In this document: piece by piece, positions 1-10,100 of the stretch
Layout: each line of letters starts with the position of its first letter
How positions within the stretch are numbered: position 1 is the first letter of the stretch
Origin: an uncultured Nitrospiraceae bacterium
GTDB taxonomy: Bacteria > Nitrospirota > Thermodesulfovibrionia > Thermodesulfovibrionales > UBA6898
Length of the DNA: 64,000 nt
Reading direction: 5' to 3'
Assembly: GCA_963811165.1 (NCBI GenBank)
Contig: CAWEQH010000004.1
Span: forward strand, 672,001-736,000
The notes under the pieces: generated by a model
Databases searched by the model: none
Seen by the model: the letters and a program-made list of their open reading frames with translations, nothing else
Told to the model about the DNA's origin: nothing
Position numbers and translations under genes: made by a program

Positions 1-570
1 CCGGATTTTAAAATGGATACCTGGGAGCCTGAAAAGGGCGACTTCGGCGAGGTCAGTTTTCAGGCATTGAAGGACCAAAAAAAATGGACGGTCATGTTTT
101 TCTATCCGGCCGATTTTACCTTTGTCTGAGCCACCGAATTTGCGGCTCTGGCAGAGCTGCACGCGAAGTTCAAGGAGGAAGGGGCGGAGATTGTGACAGT
201 CAGCACGGACACGAAGTTCGTCCATCTTGCCTGGCAGAGGGAAGAGAAGATGCTCGAAAAGACCAAATTTACGATGGCGTCCGATCCTACCGGGAAGGTG
301 TCGCGCATGTTTGGTGTGTATGATGAGGCAACGGGCCTTGCGTTAAGGGGAGCATTCGTAATAAGCCCGGAGGGGAAGCTGTTTAATTCGGAGGTGAATT
401 ATTACAATCTCGGAAGAAATATCGAGGAACTATTGAGAAAAGTGAAGGCCGATATCTACCTCGGTGAGCATGGTGATGAGGCCTGTCCGGTAAAGTGGAA
501 AGAAGAAGGGGACAAGACATTAAAACCGACTGCGGAGATGGTCGGAAAGGTATACGAAGCATTGAAGTGA
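1..570 (+). CDS. prxU: Selenocysteine-containing 2-Cys peroxiredoxin (AhpC/Prx1 family), 5' end outside window
   Basis: Frame 1 is open from base 1: ...FFYPADFTFV-TGA(127-129)-ATEF..., with TGA exactly at the peroxidatic Cys of the FTFVCPTE motif. It continues in frame into ORF 193..570, which has the resolving-Cys motif EACP. Confidence 0.92.
141..161 (+). promoter_or_regulatory. Bacterial SECIS-like hairpin of prxU
   Basis: TGCGGCTCT-GGC-AGAGCTGCA stem-loop begins 11 nt after the in-frame TGA and has G in the apical loop. Confidence 0.75.
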
Positions 571-690
571 TTTTCCCGCCAAACTGCCGCAGGGTATTTT
601 TCATCGGTGAAAATGCCCTGCGGCCTTCGTTTTCTTTAATCTCCCCAAATGTGATAACATATCAAAAAATATTTCTTGAGAGGGAGATAC

Positions 691-1884
691 ATGCTGTCTG
701 ACAGGGCTGGAAAAATTAAACCTTCACCTACACTCGCCATTGATTCAAAGGCGAAGTCCATGAAGGCCTCCGGAGTCGATGTGATAAGTTTCGGAGTGGG
801 CGAACCGGACTTTGACACACCGGAAAATATAAAGGAAGCGGCCGCCAAGGCGATGAAGGACGGTTTTACGAAATATACCGCAGTGGGCGGGATCGATCCC
901 CTCAAGGATGCGATAATCGACAAGCTGCAAAACGACAACGGCCTTTCCTACAAACGGGAAGAGGTTATCGTCTCTACAGGGGCGAAACATTCTCTTTATA
1001 ATGTTGCGCAGGCACTTTACGGACCGGGAGATGAGGTGTTGATCCTTTCACCCTACTGGGTCTCTTATCCGGACCAGGTCATGCTGAATGATGCAACCCC
1101 TGTTTTTGTGAAAACATATGAGGCGGACTCCTTTATGGCAAGACCCGAGGCGCTCGAGGAAAAGATAACAAAAAAAACAAAGGCCCTGATACTGAATTCT
1201 CCTTCGAACCCCACAGGGATGATCTACGACAGAAAGACCCTCGAAAAGATAGCCGAGTTGTCTCTCAAATATAATTTTTATATTGTCTCGGATGAGATTT
1301 ATGAAAAACTCATCTACGGAGAGGCTGGACATATAAGCATTGCCTCTTTGGGCGAAGAAATGAAAAGGAAGACGATCGTCATAAACGGTCTTTCGAAATC
1401 CCATGCAATGACCGGTTGGCGAATAGGATACGCCGCCGGCCCGGCCAATATCGTCAAGGCGATGACGAACATCCAGAGCCAGTCTACCTCCAACCCGACG
1501 TCGATCGCGCAAAAAGCGGCTGTCGAGGCGTTGAGGGGGCCTCAGGATTTTGTCGGAACAATGCGGGCCGAGTTCGACAAAAGAAGACGCTATCTTGTTG
1601 AGGAACTGAATAAGATACAGGGGATGACCTGCATCATGCCTCAAGGCGCTTTTTATGCGTTCCCCAATACCTCCCGCCTTTATGGGAAGAGGTTCGGAGG
1701 CCGGGAGATAGCGTCCTCGGTGGACCTTGCGCTTTACTTCCTTGATGAGGCGAATGTTGCCCTTGTCCACGGCTCGGCGTTCGGGGACGACGAGTATGTC
1801 CGGCTTTCCTACGCAACGTCTCTTGAGGACATCAGAAGAGGGGTGGGAAGGATAAAAGAGGCGGTGGGCAAGCTTACGCCATAG
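691..1884 (+). CDS. aspC: Aspartate aminotransferase (class I/II PLP-dependent)
   Basis: GEPDF, NSPSNPTG, DEIY and SKSHAMTGWRIGY motifs. ATG at 691 follows AGGGAG. Confidence 0.9.
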   Translation: MLSDRAGKIKPSPTLAIDSKAKSMKASGVDVISFGVGEPDFDTPENIKEAAAKAMKDGFTKYTAVGGIDPLKDAIIDKLQNDNGLSYKREEVIVSTGAKHSLYNVAQALYGPGDEVLILSPYWVSYPDQVMLNDATPVFVKTYEADSFMARPEALEEKITKKTKALILNSPSNPTGMIYDRKTLEKIAELSLKYNFYIVSDEIYEKLIYGEAGHISIASLGEEMKRKTIVINGLSKSHAMTGWRIGYAAGPANIVKAMTNIQSQSTSNPTSIAQKAAVEALRGPQDFVGTMRAEFDKRRRYLVEELNKIQGMTCIMPQGAFYAFPNTSRLYGKRFGGREIASSVDLALYFLDEANVALVHGSAFGDDEYVRLSYATSLEDIRRGVGRIKEAVGKLTP

Positions 1885-1921
1885 AGGCGGGAAGCACGTT
1901 TACCCTTTTGTCAGGAGACAG

Positions 1922-2809
1922 ATGCAAGAGTCTTTTCGTTCCGGATACGTTTCGATCATCGGCAGGCCGAATGTGGGAAAATCTACTCTCCTAAACGTCC
2001 TGCTGGGACAGAAGGTCTCGATCGTTGCCGCAAGACCCCAGACGACGAGAAACAGGATAGTCGGGATCAAGAATCTCCCCGGAGCCCAGATCATCTTTAT
2101 CGATACCCCGGGCATCCACAAGCCGAAAAACCTCCTCGGAGAGGTGATGCTTAGGGCCGTCAGGGAGGCCCTTCATGAAATAGACGTCATCCTCTTTGTG
2201 ACGGAACCCGGAGGTGACGCAGGCAGGGACAACCTCACAGTAGGGTCTCTGAAAAATATAGACAAGCCGGTTTTTCTTCTGATCAACAAGATAGACAGTG
2301 TCAGGAAACCGGATATACTTCGTGTCATCGATCAGTACGAGGGACTTTTCCCTTTCAAAGAGATCATCCCGGTGTCTGCTCTCAAACAAGACGGCACCGA
2401 CAGGATACTTGAAAGAATTATCGAGTATCTTCCGGCGGGCCCTCAATATTATCCTGAAGACATCGTAACGGACCAGGTCGAGAGGTTCATGGCGGCCGAG
2501 ATAATAAGAGAAAAGATTATGGAAAAAACGACCGAGGAAATCCCTTATTCCGTTGCGGTCGAAGTCCAGAACTGGGTCGAGCGGGAAGACGGTATCGTTT
2601 CCATAAGTGCGAATATATATGTTGAAAGAGAGGGGCAAAAAGGTATAATAATAGGTGAAAAAGGCAGGAAGCTGAAAGAAGTAGGCACGCTCGCCCGTAT
2701 CGAAATCGAAAGACTTCTTGACGCAAAGGTTTTTCTCCAATTATGGGTGAAGGTAAAAAAGGGGTGGCGTAACGACAAGACGGTGTTACATGAATTGGGG
2801 TATAAATAG
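1922..2809 (+). CDS. era: GTPase Era
   Basis: GRPNVGKST, DTPG and NKID motifs plus a C-terminal KH domain (GIIIGEKG). Confidence 0.97.
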   Translation: MQESFRSGYVSIIGRPNVGKSTLLNVLLGQKVSIVAARPQTTRNRIVGIKNLPGAQIIFIDTPGIHKPKNLLGEVMLRAVREALHEIDVILFVTEPGGDAGRDNLTVGSLKNIDKPVFLLINKIDSVRKPDILRVIDQYEGLFPFKEIIPVSALKQDGTDRILERIIEYLPAGPQYYPEDIVTDQVERFMAAEIIREKIMEKTTEEIPYSVAVEVQNWVEREDGIVSISANIYVEREGQKGIIIGEKGRKLKEVGTLARIEIERLLDAKVFLQLWVKVKKGWRNDKTVLHELGYK

Positions 2810-3262
2810 ATGCTTGTAGAAATGAAAGTCGAGGGTCTTCTCTTTGACCCCCGAAGCAATATGTACATTCTCCTGCTGAAGGAGATAGAAGCTTCCGGCA
2901 CCCTTCCGATCTGGATCGGGAAACCCGAGGCGGACTCGATCGCACTTGCGCTCGGAAAGGTCGCCACGCCCAGACCCCTGACCCATGACCTCGTGAAAAA
3001 TATCACCGATGGACTTAAGGTCAAGATCACGAGAATCGTGGTGACGGAGATAATCGACAACACCTATTACGCCCTTATCCACGTGAGCGACGGCAAGAAA
3101 GAGACCTTGATTGACTCCAGGCCGAGTGATGCCGTGGCGGTTGCCCTTAGGGCAAGCGCGCCGATTTTTGTGGAGGACAGTATTATGGCGACAAGGACGG
3201 CGGATGAACTTGACGAATGGCTGAAAAACCTTAAGCCTGAGGACTTCGGAAATATTATGTGA
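2810..3262 (+). CDS. Bifunctional nuclease family protein (DUF151)
   Basis: LPIWIG, PRPLTHDL and DSRPSDAVA motifs. Confidence 0.9.
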   Translation: MLVEMKVEGLLFDPRSNMYILLLKEIEASGTLPIWIGKPEADSIALALGKVATPRPLTHDLVKNITDGLKVKITRIVVTEIIDNTYYALIHVSDGKKETLIDSRPSDAVAVALRASAPIFVEDSIMATRTADELDEWLKNLKPEDFGNIM

Positions 3263-3981
3263 TGCTGCATAGGACAGAAGGCATCGTCCTTAGAACCATC
3301 CCCTTTGGAGAAGCAGACCTCATCGTAACCTACCTGACGAGTGACTACGGCATCGTCAGGGCCTTTGCAAAAAGTCCCCGTAAGATCAAAAGCAGGTTCG
3401 GAAGCAGCCTCGAACCCTTCACCCATGCGGCTATCGCTTTTTGGGGCAAGGAGGACGCGGCTCTGCCGCGACTTACCCAGGCGGACATTATCCATCCTTT
3501 CGATTCTGTCAGGGGCGCACTAAAATGTTTTCTGAAGGTTTCGGAGATGATAGAACTGACGCTGCACTTTGTTCCCGAGAGGGAGCGAAACAAGAAGGTC
3601 TATTCCCTCTTCCTGGATGCGCTTCACGCGGCCGAGACCGATTGTGAGGCCGGTCTTCTTCCTCTTTGCTATAAACTGAGGCTGTTGGAGATTGCGGGAT
3701 ATCTGCCCAGGTTGAGCGGATGCGGCAGGTGCGGGAGAGACGGAGACGTCTTCTACCTTTCTCACGGCACCGTCCTTTGCGAAGCATGTGCAAAGGGCAA
3801 TACGTCTTCCCTGCGGCTGTCTTCCGGCACGATAAGTCTCTTTACCAGTCTGCGCGGATGGGATTTTACGAAGCTCAACCGGTTGAGGCCTTCGGAAGCG
3901 CTCGTTTCAGGGCTTTCGAAGGTATTGGACGAACATATTCGCTACATTATGGAAAGAAACCTCAAGACGAAGACCTTCTGA
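3259..3981 (+). CDS. recO: DNA repair protein RecO
   Basis: TEGIVLR...GEAD N-terminus, CxxC...CxxC zinc finger, downstream of era. Confidence 0.93.
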   Translation: MMLHRTEGIVLRTIPFGEADLIVTYLTSDYGIVRAFAKSPRKIKSRFGSSLEPFTHAAIAFWGKEDAALPRLTQADIIHPFDSVRGALKCFLKVSEMIELTLHFVPERERNKKVYSLFLDALHAAETDCEAGLLPLCYKLRLLEIAGYLPRLSGCGRCGRDGDVFYLSHGTVLCEACAKGNTSSLRLSSGTISLFTSLRGWDFTKLNRLRPSEALVSGLSKVLDEHIRYIMERNLKTKTF

Positions 3982-3991
3982 ATCCCTGCCG

Positions 3992-4627
3992 TTATTGTTC
4001 CCGCATCCTCTCTTCTTCTTCCTGGAGGGTCTTGCATTCTATGCACATGGTGGTCACAGGCCTGGCCTCCAGCCGCTTCACGTCGATTTCATTTCCGCAG
4101 TCGTCGCAGACCCCGAAGGTACCGTTTTCGATGCGGTCTATGGCCTCATCGATCTTTTTCAGGAGACGCTGCTCTCTGCCGCGGAGTCTCAGCATAAAGT
4201 TCCTGTCGGTTTCAGCCGTCGCCTGGTCGCCAAGGTCAGGGAATATCGTCTGGCCGGGAAGTTCGTTAAGCGCTGATTCGGCTTCATTAAGCAAAGTCGC
4301 GCGTTGCCTGAGGAGCCTTAACTTGATCTGTTGGAGCTTTTCCTCGCGGACAGAAAGCTTTTCTTTAGGCTTATTGGATTTCTTCACAGGCACCGCTGTC
4401 ACAGGCTCCCTACGGGAAACCTTCATTGGAGCCGAAACAACTTTTTTCTTCGGGGCTTTGGCGGCAACCGCTTCTTTCTTCCCCTTCTTTGAAGGTGCCG
4501 TCTTTGCCTTTTTGGGAGACGCTGTCTTTGCCTTCAGAGTTATCGATTTCTTCCCTGCGGGTTTCGTCTTCGCAGGTTTTGTTTTACTTACGCTTTTTTT
4601 GGTATTGGTGCTCTTGATCTTGGCCAT
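3992..4627 (-). CDS. dksA: RNA polymerase-binding protein DksA with Lys/Ala-rich N-terminal extension
   Basis: DLGDQA coiled-coil tip, CDDC...CIEC zinc finger, RLEARP. Confidence 0.9.
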   Translation of the reverse strand: MAKIKSTNTKKSVSKTKPAKTKPAGKKSITLKAKTASPKKAKTAPSKKGKKEAVAAKAPKKKVVSAPMKVSRREPVTAVPVKKSNKPKEKLSVREEKLQQIKLRLLRQRATLLNEAESALNELPGQTIFPDLGDQATAETDRNFMLRLRGREQRLLKKIDEAIDRIENGTFGVCDDCGNEIDVKRLEARPVTTMCIECKTLQEEEERMREQ

Positions 4628-4782
4628 AAAGACTCCTCAATTAGGATTGAATAGATTAGCAGAGGCCCCGGCGAATAGTCAAGAAAAACGCCCTTGAAAA
4701 GGGGATTTGAAAGATACGTTTTTGTTGCCAGCTAAGTGAAGGATGAAGGGGCTTTCCCGGCGCCGAATAGGTAGGAAAGAAG

Positions 4783-7131
4783 TCAGTCTTCCGCCGGGAG
4801 GTCTCTTTGTGTAATGAGTACGATGCCCTGCCCGGGGGCGAGGTCGTAGATAAAGGGAGCAGGAATATAGTCGAGAGGATTTTCGGGAGATATGTCGATA
4901 AGAGGCGCGCCGGCCTGGAGATATTTCTGAAGGTTCTCGGCATAAAAATGCTGTGCGCGGTAAATGTCTTTGTTGAGGATGAGGAGCGACTCCTCCCGGG
5001 TATGGGTCGAGGCCTTCCACATAAGCAGGACATTGGGGTTTTCGTGATGGAGTATTTCCGTGGGCGCGTCCTCCTGAAATATCACATGCTCAGATTTGAT
5101 CCTGTTTACTTGGCCGATGAAGGGGGTGAGGTCCACTTCGGTGTTCTCCCAGTCGCCGGGTCTTGTCCTGACTACATGGAGCCTTTTTTTGAAGCCGAAT
5201 TCGTAACCCATGGGCATCATGACACCGCCCGAAAAAAGCGCCGAAAAAAGATATCGCTGCTTCAGCCCTTCAACATTTCCGCCCAGCTCCGCAGCGAGTC
5301 TTACGGTATCATGGCTCTCGGGGAAACTGATCGATGGAGCGATATCCCGCGTCAGCGCGTACTGCTTCATGAGCCAGTGCCCGTAAAAATCCCACCATTT
5401 GGAGCTGTTAAAAATATAGTCGAACCCCGCGCTTGCGGTCTTTCTCGTGAGGTCCGGAGGGTTCCCGAGTGTCTCCGCAAAAAACAGTACGCCCGGATAT
5501 GCCTTTTTGGTTTCATTGATGAGTCTTTCCCAAAGGCCCTTGGGCAACTGGTAGGCCGCGTCGCATCTGAACCCCCTGAACCCGAGTTCGGCGAGGAATT
5601 TCACTATCGAAAAGAAATAGTGATAGAGACCTTCTTTGTCCCTTGTGTTTCTGTGGTCGAACTTCGCAAGGTCTTTCCAGACCACTTTTTTCCCGTTTTC
5701 GTCGGCGAAGGGATGGGCGACGCGGCCGTTTGTCTCCCAGAGAAACCATTCCGGGTGGGATTTGAGAAGGGGGGAATCGACTGAGCAATGGTTGATCACA
5801 AGGTCCATCATCAGCGCAAGACCGAGTTTCCCGGCGACTCCCGCAACATCCTGTACCTGCTCTACGGACGACTTTCCCGTTTCATTGTCAATCAGGAGGG
5901 GATTAAAATCGAAATAGTCGGCTATGGAATAGAGACTCCCCGAACTGCCGGGGCGCTGTATGGGGTTGACGAAGATCCAGTTGAAACCCATCTCTGATGC
6001 CCTTGCGAGGTGGCCCCCCCATTCGGTAAATTTTCCGGCAAGAAGAGGAAACAGATTATAGATCACCATCTTTTTCGTGTAAAGGACTTCTTCGGCATCC
6101 GGACATGCCTTCAGGAGCAGCCTCTGGTTTTTTGAGATGACTGAGAGCCAGTAATTCATTCTTTCCGCATTGCCTTTGTCCACCCAGTGACTAAAGAGAT
6201 ATGACGCGTTGCCTAATGAGAGCCTGCCTTCGACCGGGTGTATCTCCAGGGAAAAAGAGACCTTGTCAGCCCCGGGTTTGAGAAGCGCCTCGTTGACGAT
6301 ACGGGAAAGCCCCGACAGACCGAACATCGGTGCAAGAGACCTTTTCCCGTGATATTCGAAGGGGATCGGGATCTCGGTCAGGAAGCTGAGGTGGTCCGAG
6401 ACGCCGAAAGGACTTAAGTCGGAAAGCGGGTGGCCGTCGTGAAGGTGGAAGTGCAGGGGCTTCCCAAGCGGACCGAGCTCCCGGACGACCGAGAGCACTT
6501 TTTCCAGTGCGGAGGCGACCGCGCGTTCAACGTCTTCAATAAGGTCCGGGAGGTTGGGGCTGTCCGGCCTTAGTGAGCAGATGTCTTTACCCGGATGTTT
6601 CCGGGAATATTCGGCCCTCGTCTGCCGGATGCCTATGTGCCCCACGTCTATGCATGCACTGACGAATTCGAGGTCCGCTATCTCTTTAAAGATATTTACG
6701 AAGACCTCCGGGTCGAGACCTGCCGCATATTCGATAAAGAGGAGAGGACCTCCTCCGACTTCTCTCAGTCCGGAATTCAGTTCCCGCAGGGCAGAGAGAT
6801 ATTCCTTCAGAAGCATAGGGACATCATCCCGGTCATGGACCACGAGGCCGTAGACCCTCCCCTTGAAACCCCTTGCGAAATCGATGACCGACTGTCTTGA
6901 CGATCTATCGAATATGTTCATGCCGCGGTCGAGATGCACAACTACCGGCGCATCATGAAAAGGCCGGAAGCCCAGGAGCCATTCGAGCTCCTCTGCGGAT
7001 GCGGCATAATATTCCGCCCCCATCCTGGCTTCCCTGAAGCGCAGTGCCGCAAGCTGAAGCAGGGCGTCGTCGCCGTCTATTCTTTTTTGAAACAATCCAA
7101 GTATTTTGGGACAGGTCCTTATCGCCGGCAT
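4783..7131 (-). CDS. Fusion of an AP-endonuclease-2/xylose-isomerase-like TIM barrel (about 6070-7131) and a GH13 alpha-amylase-family domain (about 4783-6069)
   Basis: TIM motifs IEYA, CIDVGH, HFHLHDG, SDHL, LEIH. GH13 regions MDLVINH, GFRCDAA, FAETLG, SHD give an intact Asp/Glu/Asp triad. Confidence 0.85.
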   Translation of the reverse strand: MPAIRTCPKILGLFQKRIDGDDALLQLAALRFREARMGAEYYAASAEELEWLLGFRPFHDAPVVVHLDRGMNIFDRSSRQSVIDFARGFKGRVYGLVVHDRDDVPMLLKEYLSALRELNSGLREVGGGPLLFIEYAAGLDPEVFVNIFKEIADLEFVSACIDVGHIGIRQTRAEYSRKHPGKDICSLRPDSPNLPDLIEDVERAVASALEKVLSVVRELGPLGKPLHFHLHDGHPLSDLSPFGVSDHLSFLTEIPIPFEYHGKRSLAPMFGLSGLSRIVNEALLKPGADKVSFSLEIHPVEGRLSLGNASYLFSHWVDKGNAERMNYWLSVISKNQRLLLKACPDAEEVLYTKKMVIYNLFPLLAGKFTEWGGHLARASEMGFNWIFVNPIQRPGSSGSLYSIADYFDFNPLLIDNETGKSSVEQVQDVAGVAGKLGLALMMDLVINHCSVDSPLLKSHPEWFLWETNGRVAHPFADENGKKVVWKDLAKFDHRNTRDKEGLYHYFFSIVKFLAELGFRGFRCDAAYQLPKGLWERLINETKKAYPGVLFFAETLGNPPDLTRKTASAGFDYIFNSSKWWDFYGHWLMKQYALTRDIAPSISFPESHDTVRLAAELGGNVEGLKQRYLFSALFSGGVMMPMGYEFGFKKRLHVVRTRPGDWENTEVDLTPFIGQVNRIKSEHVIFQEDAPTEILHHENPNVLLMWKASTHTREESLLILNKDIYRAQHFYAENLQKYLQAGAPLIDISPENPLDYIPAPFIYDLAPGQGIVLITQRDLPAED

Positions 7132-10100
7132 TCCACTTGCCTCCTCTGCTGCGGACGTGCCTGGACAAGGAAGATTTTGTTATCGACGACGAGCCCTTCT
7201 ATGTCCAGCGGCAGTCCGAATGAAGTTTCGACGAGGCTGCCTATGCCTCCTATGCGCTTAGATAATTCGGTGCGGAATTTCTTATCCTTTGAAAAGGGAA
7301 TTTTTGAGTAGTCGATGATACTTTGTACGATATCCGCGCGGCGGTCCCGGACAAAGGCAGTGCAGTAACTGGCGAAGGAGAGCATCTGCATATCGCCGGT
7401 GTTTTTTCGGTAGACCATACGAAACGGAGAGCCGGGCTCACGGCCCGACGCAAGGGTTTCGCCGAGTCCGACTGCACACTCAATCAGGATTTCGTTTTCG
7501 CTATTGTTGACGGGATTGACCGTATGCATGATGAAGGACATATCGGCAGGCATCATCGTCTGGATGAGTACCGCCATCCGGGCCCTGCCATGGGGGACAG
7601 ATGCGTTTTGTCTTGCCTGTACCGCACGCCTGTTCCAAAGTGATGCCCATACCTCTTTTACTGCCTGTGCGATACCGGACTGCGGCACGTTTGAGATGGA
7701 ATCATAAAGCCCGGCCCCCGCAAGTCCTTCCAGGTCCTCACAGTTCGAACTCGAACGGACCATGAGCCGCTCGCCCTTTGCAAAATGGGCAGCAATGCCA
7801 GAGACCAGCTCATTGTCCAGAGGAAGCTGTAAGACTAGCTCCCTGAGTCTTTGCAGCCGCCCCTCCGCGTCCAGGAGTGGCGCTCGATCAATTTTGCTTA
7901 AGACAGAGGAGTATTCAGCCTCAAAAGAAGAAAGGGAATGGAGTGACTCCTCCATGACCCCAAAGGGGATTACGACACTCCTGGGCACGTCGAAATCAGT
8001 CTTACTCTGTGTCGCGATCTCCGCGAGGCGCCTTGCCCCGTCCGCCTTCCCGCCGCCGGTCGACGAACTGACCACGTCGAGCGTGATGATTTTCCGAGAG
8101 GGAATCTCAGCAGAGACCTCCGGCACGATCACCTTCTCGGTGCGACCTTTAAAGTCATCCCCGTCCTCCATCTTCGTGGCTTCTATATCAAAGGTGTCTG
8201 CGGTCACGCATATCCTTATCGGTTGTCCGGAAAGTCTCTTTAGCTCCACGATGCGGCTGATGTTTTCGCACGAGACAAATACTATGCCCCTTTGGCGCGC
8301 CCTGACCGAAAGATGCGAAAGAATCGGGGTCTCATCGGCAATAATGAGGCCAATGACCTGCGGGGGTATCTCCTCGTCGCCTTCAGCTTTATCCGTCAAC
8401 ACGACGAGCGGTCCGTCACCGGCATCTGCCAAAGAGGCCAATGACCGGACAGTTACGAGGCGGCCCGATGCTTTGCCCGGGACGATGACGTCCCACGGCT
8501 GCAAGGAAGCGCGTGTCCTGATGGACGTAAGGAGCAAAGCGACAAGCTTAGAGAGCTGAAATACCGGATGGCTTCTGATAACGGCTTCTGCATAGTTCTT
8601 TACCGCATGCTCCGACACACCCAGGGCGGACCCCAGATTCTTCACCTTCTCCGGCAGCAGCGCAAGGATTTTGTCCGAATATTCTTCGGCGACCCTGCGG
8701 CACCTGTCTGTGGTGGCTTTAAGACGCAGGAGACAGTCGCGGTCTGCAAGGTCGAAATCGGCATCCCAAGCCCCGAGTTCGGCTTCGACGGCGCGGCATT
8801 CCTCGGGGGCGATTCCTCCGAGACGGAGATTTTCTATGACGAGGGCGAGTGCGCCAAGGGCGGTGTTCCAGGGCAGATCCTCCAAAGAGGCTATCGCATT
8901 GATGATTGTGCTGAGAAGGACAAAGGAGTGGTCTTCGAGCGTGATATCTGCAGACTTCAGACGGTGCCCCTTTGCGGCCGCGATTTTATCAGTCCGGGCA
9001 ATGGCCCTGCGAAGTCCTGTCAATAGGGCGAGTTCCTTTATGGCGGGATAAGGGTTTCCTGGTTTTTCGCCGGACCCTTCGGAGAGGCCGAGGAAGTCGT
9101 CTATGAGTTGCGGTCTGTCAATATCACCCTTTTCCTTTAATGTAATGAGCATGTCTTTAAGACTGCCTGCGTTAAAGAAGTCCTTCAGCTCCTTGTGGAA
9201 GCGCCTGAACTCCTCAATGAAGGCCTGCGGGTATGGGGCGTCCGAAGCCGTGATTCTCTTAAAGAGGGCCTCGGAAGTTATGAGGTCCTCAGGCCCTGCC
9301 GAACGGTGGAGTTTGTTCTGAAGCGTTGTCTTTATCTCCTGTTTTAACTCCTGCGGGATGTCGTTTCTGTGGGCGATGTCCCTGATACGGGTGAGCGGCT
9401 CGGCCCTCATAAACTCGGTATCGAATGAGGGGAGCCATGGATAGATGTTCCTTATGACCAGCCTGTTTTCCGCATTCTCGATTCCGGCAAGGCGCGTATA
9501 TATCCGTTCAGCAAGTTTTGCATGGTGCGAGGGACGGTGGTGACCTCCTTCCTCGCTGCAGCCGATCTCACCTGTACCAAGGAACCTCAGATAGACAGCG
9601 ATATAGATGAGCAGTTCCAGGTCCGGGTCCTCAGGTCCTTCGATCAGCAGCCTATTGACCCATTCAAGCCTCTTCCTCCAGCTGGTAAAGCGTCTGTTGG
9701 CTGCGACAAACCTTTCTACGATCCCCTCATGCGTATCAGCTTGGCCTGGTCTTTCTTCGGGCGTATCTGCCGCTCCGCGTATAATAGTAATGAGTCGGTC
9801 CCTTGCATCGATCAGAAGACGTTGCGGCTCGGGCCACTGTTCAAAAATTATCGAACCTGAGAACATCCGCTTCTTCAGCCGTATGATAAGCCCTTCTATC
9901 CCGGCGGGGTCCCGGCCTGCCGGACCGGTGAAAATCGTTAAGTGGCTGTCCCGGTCTCCGTAATTTTCATGCATATGGATATGGATGATAGGGACCTCCT
10001 TATCAAGCAGGTCCAGGAAGCCGAGATAATCATTTCGCGTCCCGCTATAGAGGTTTGCATGCCCTATGTCGAGACACATACCAACGAGAGAAATATTACC

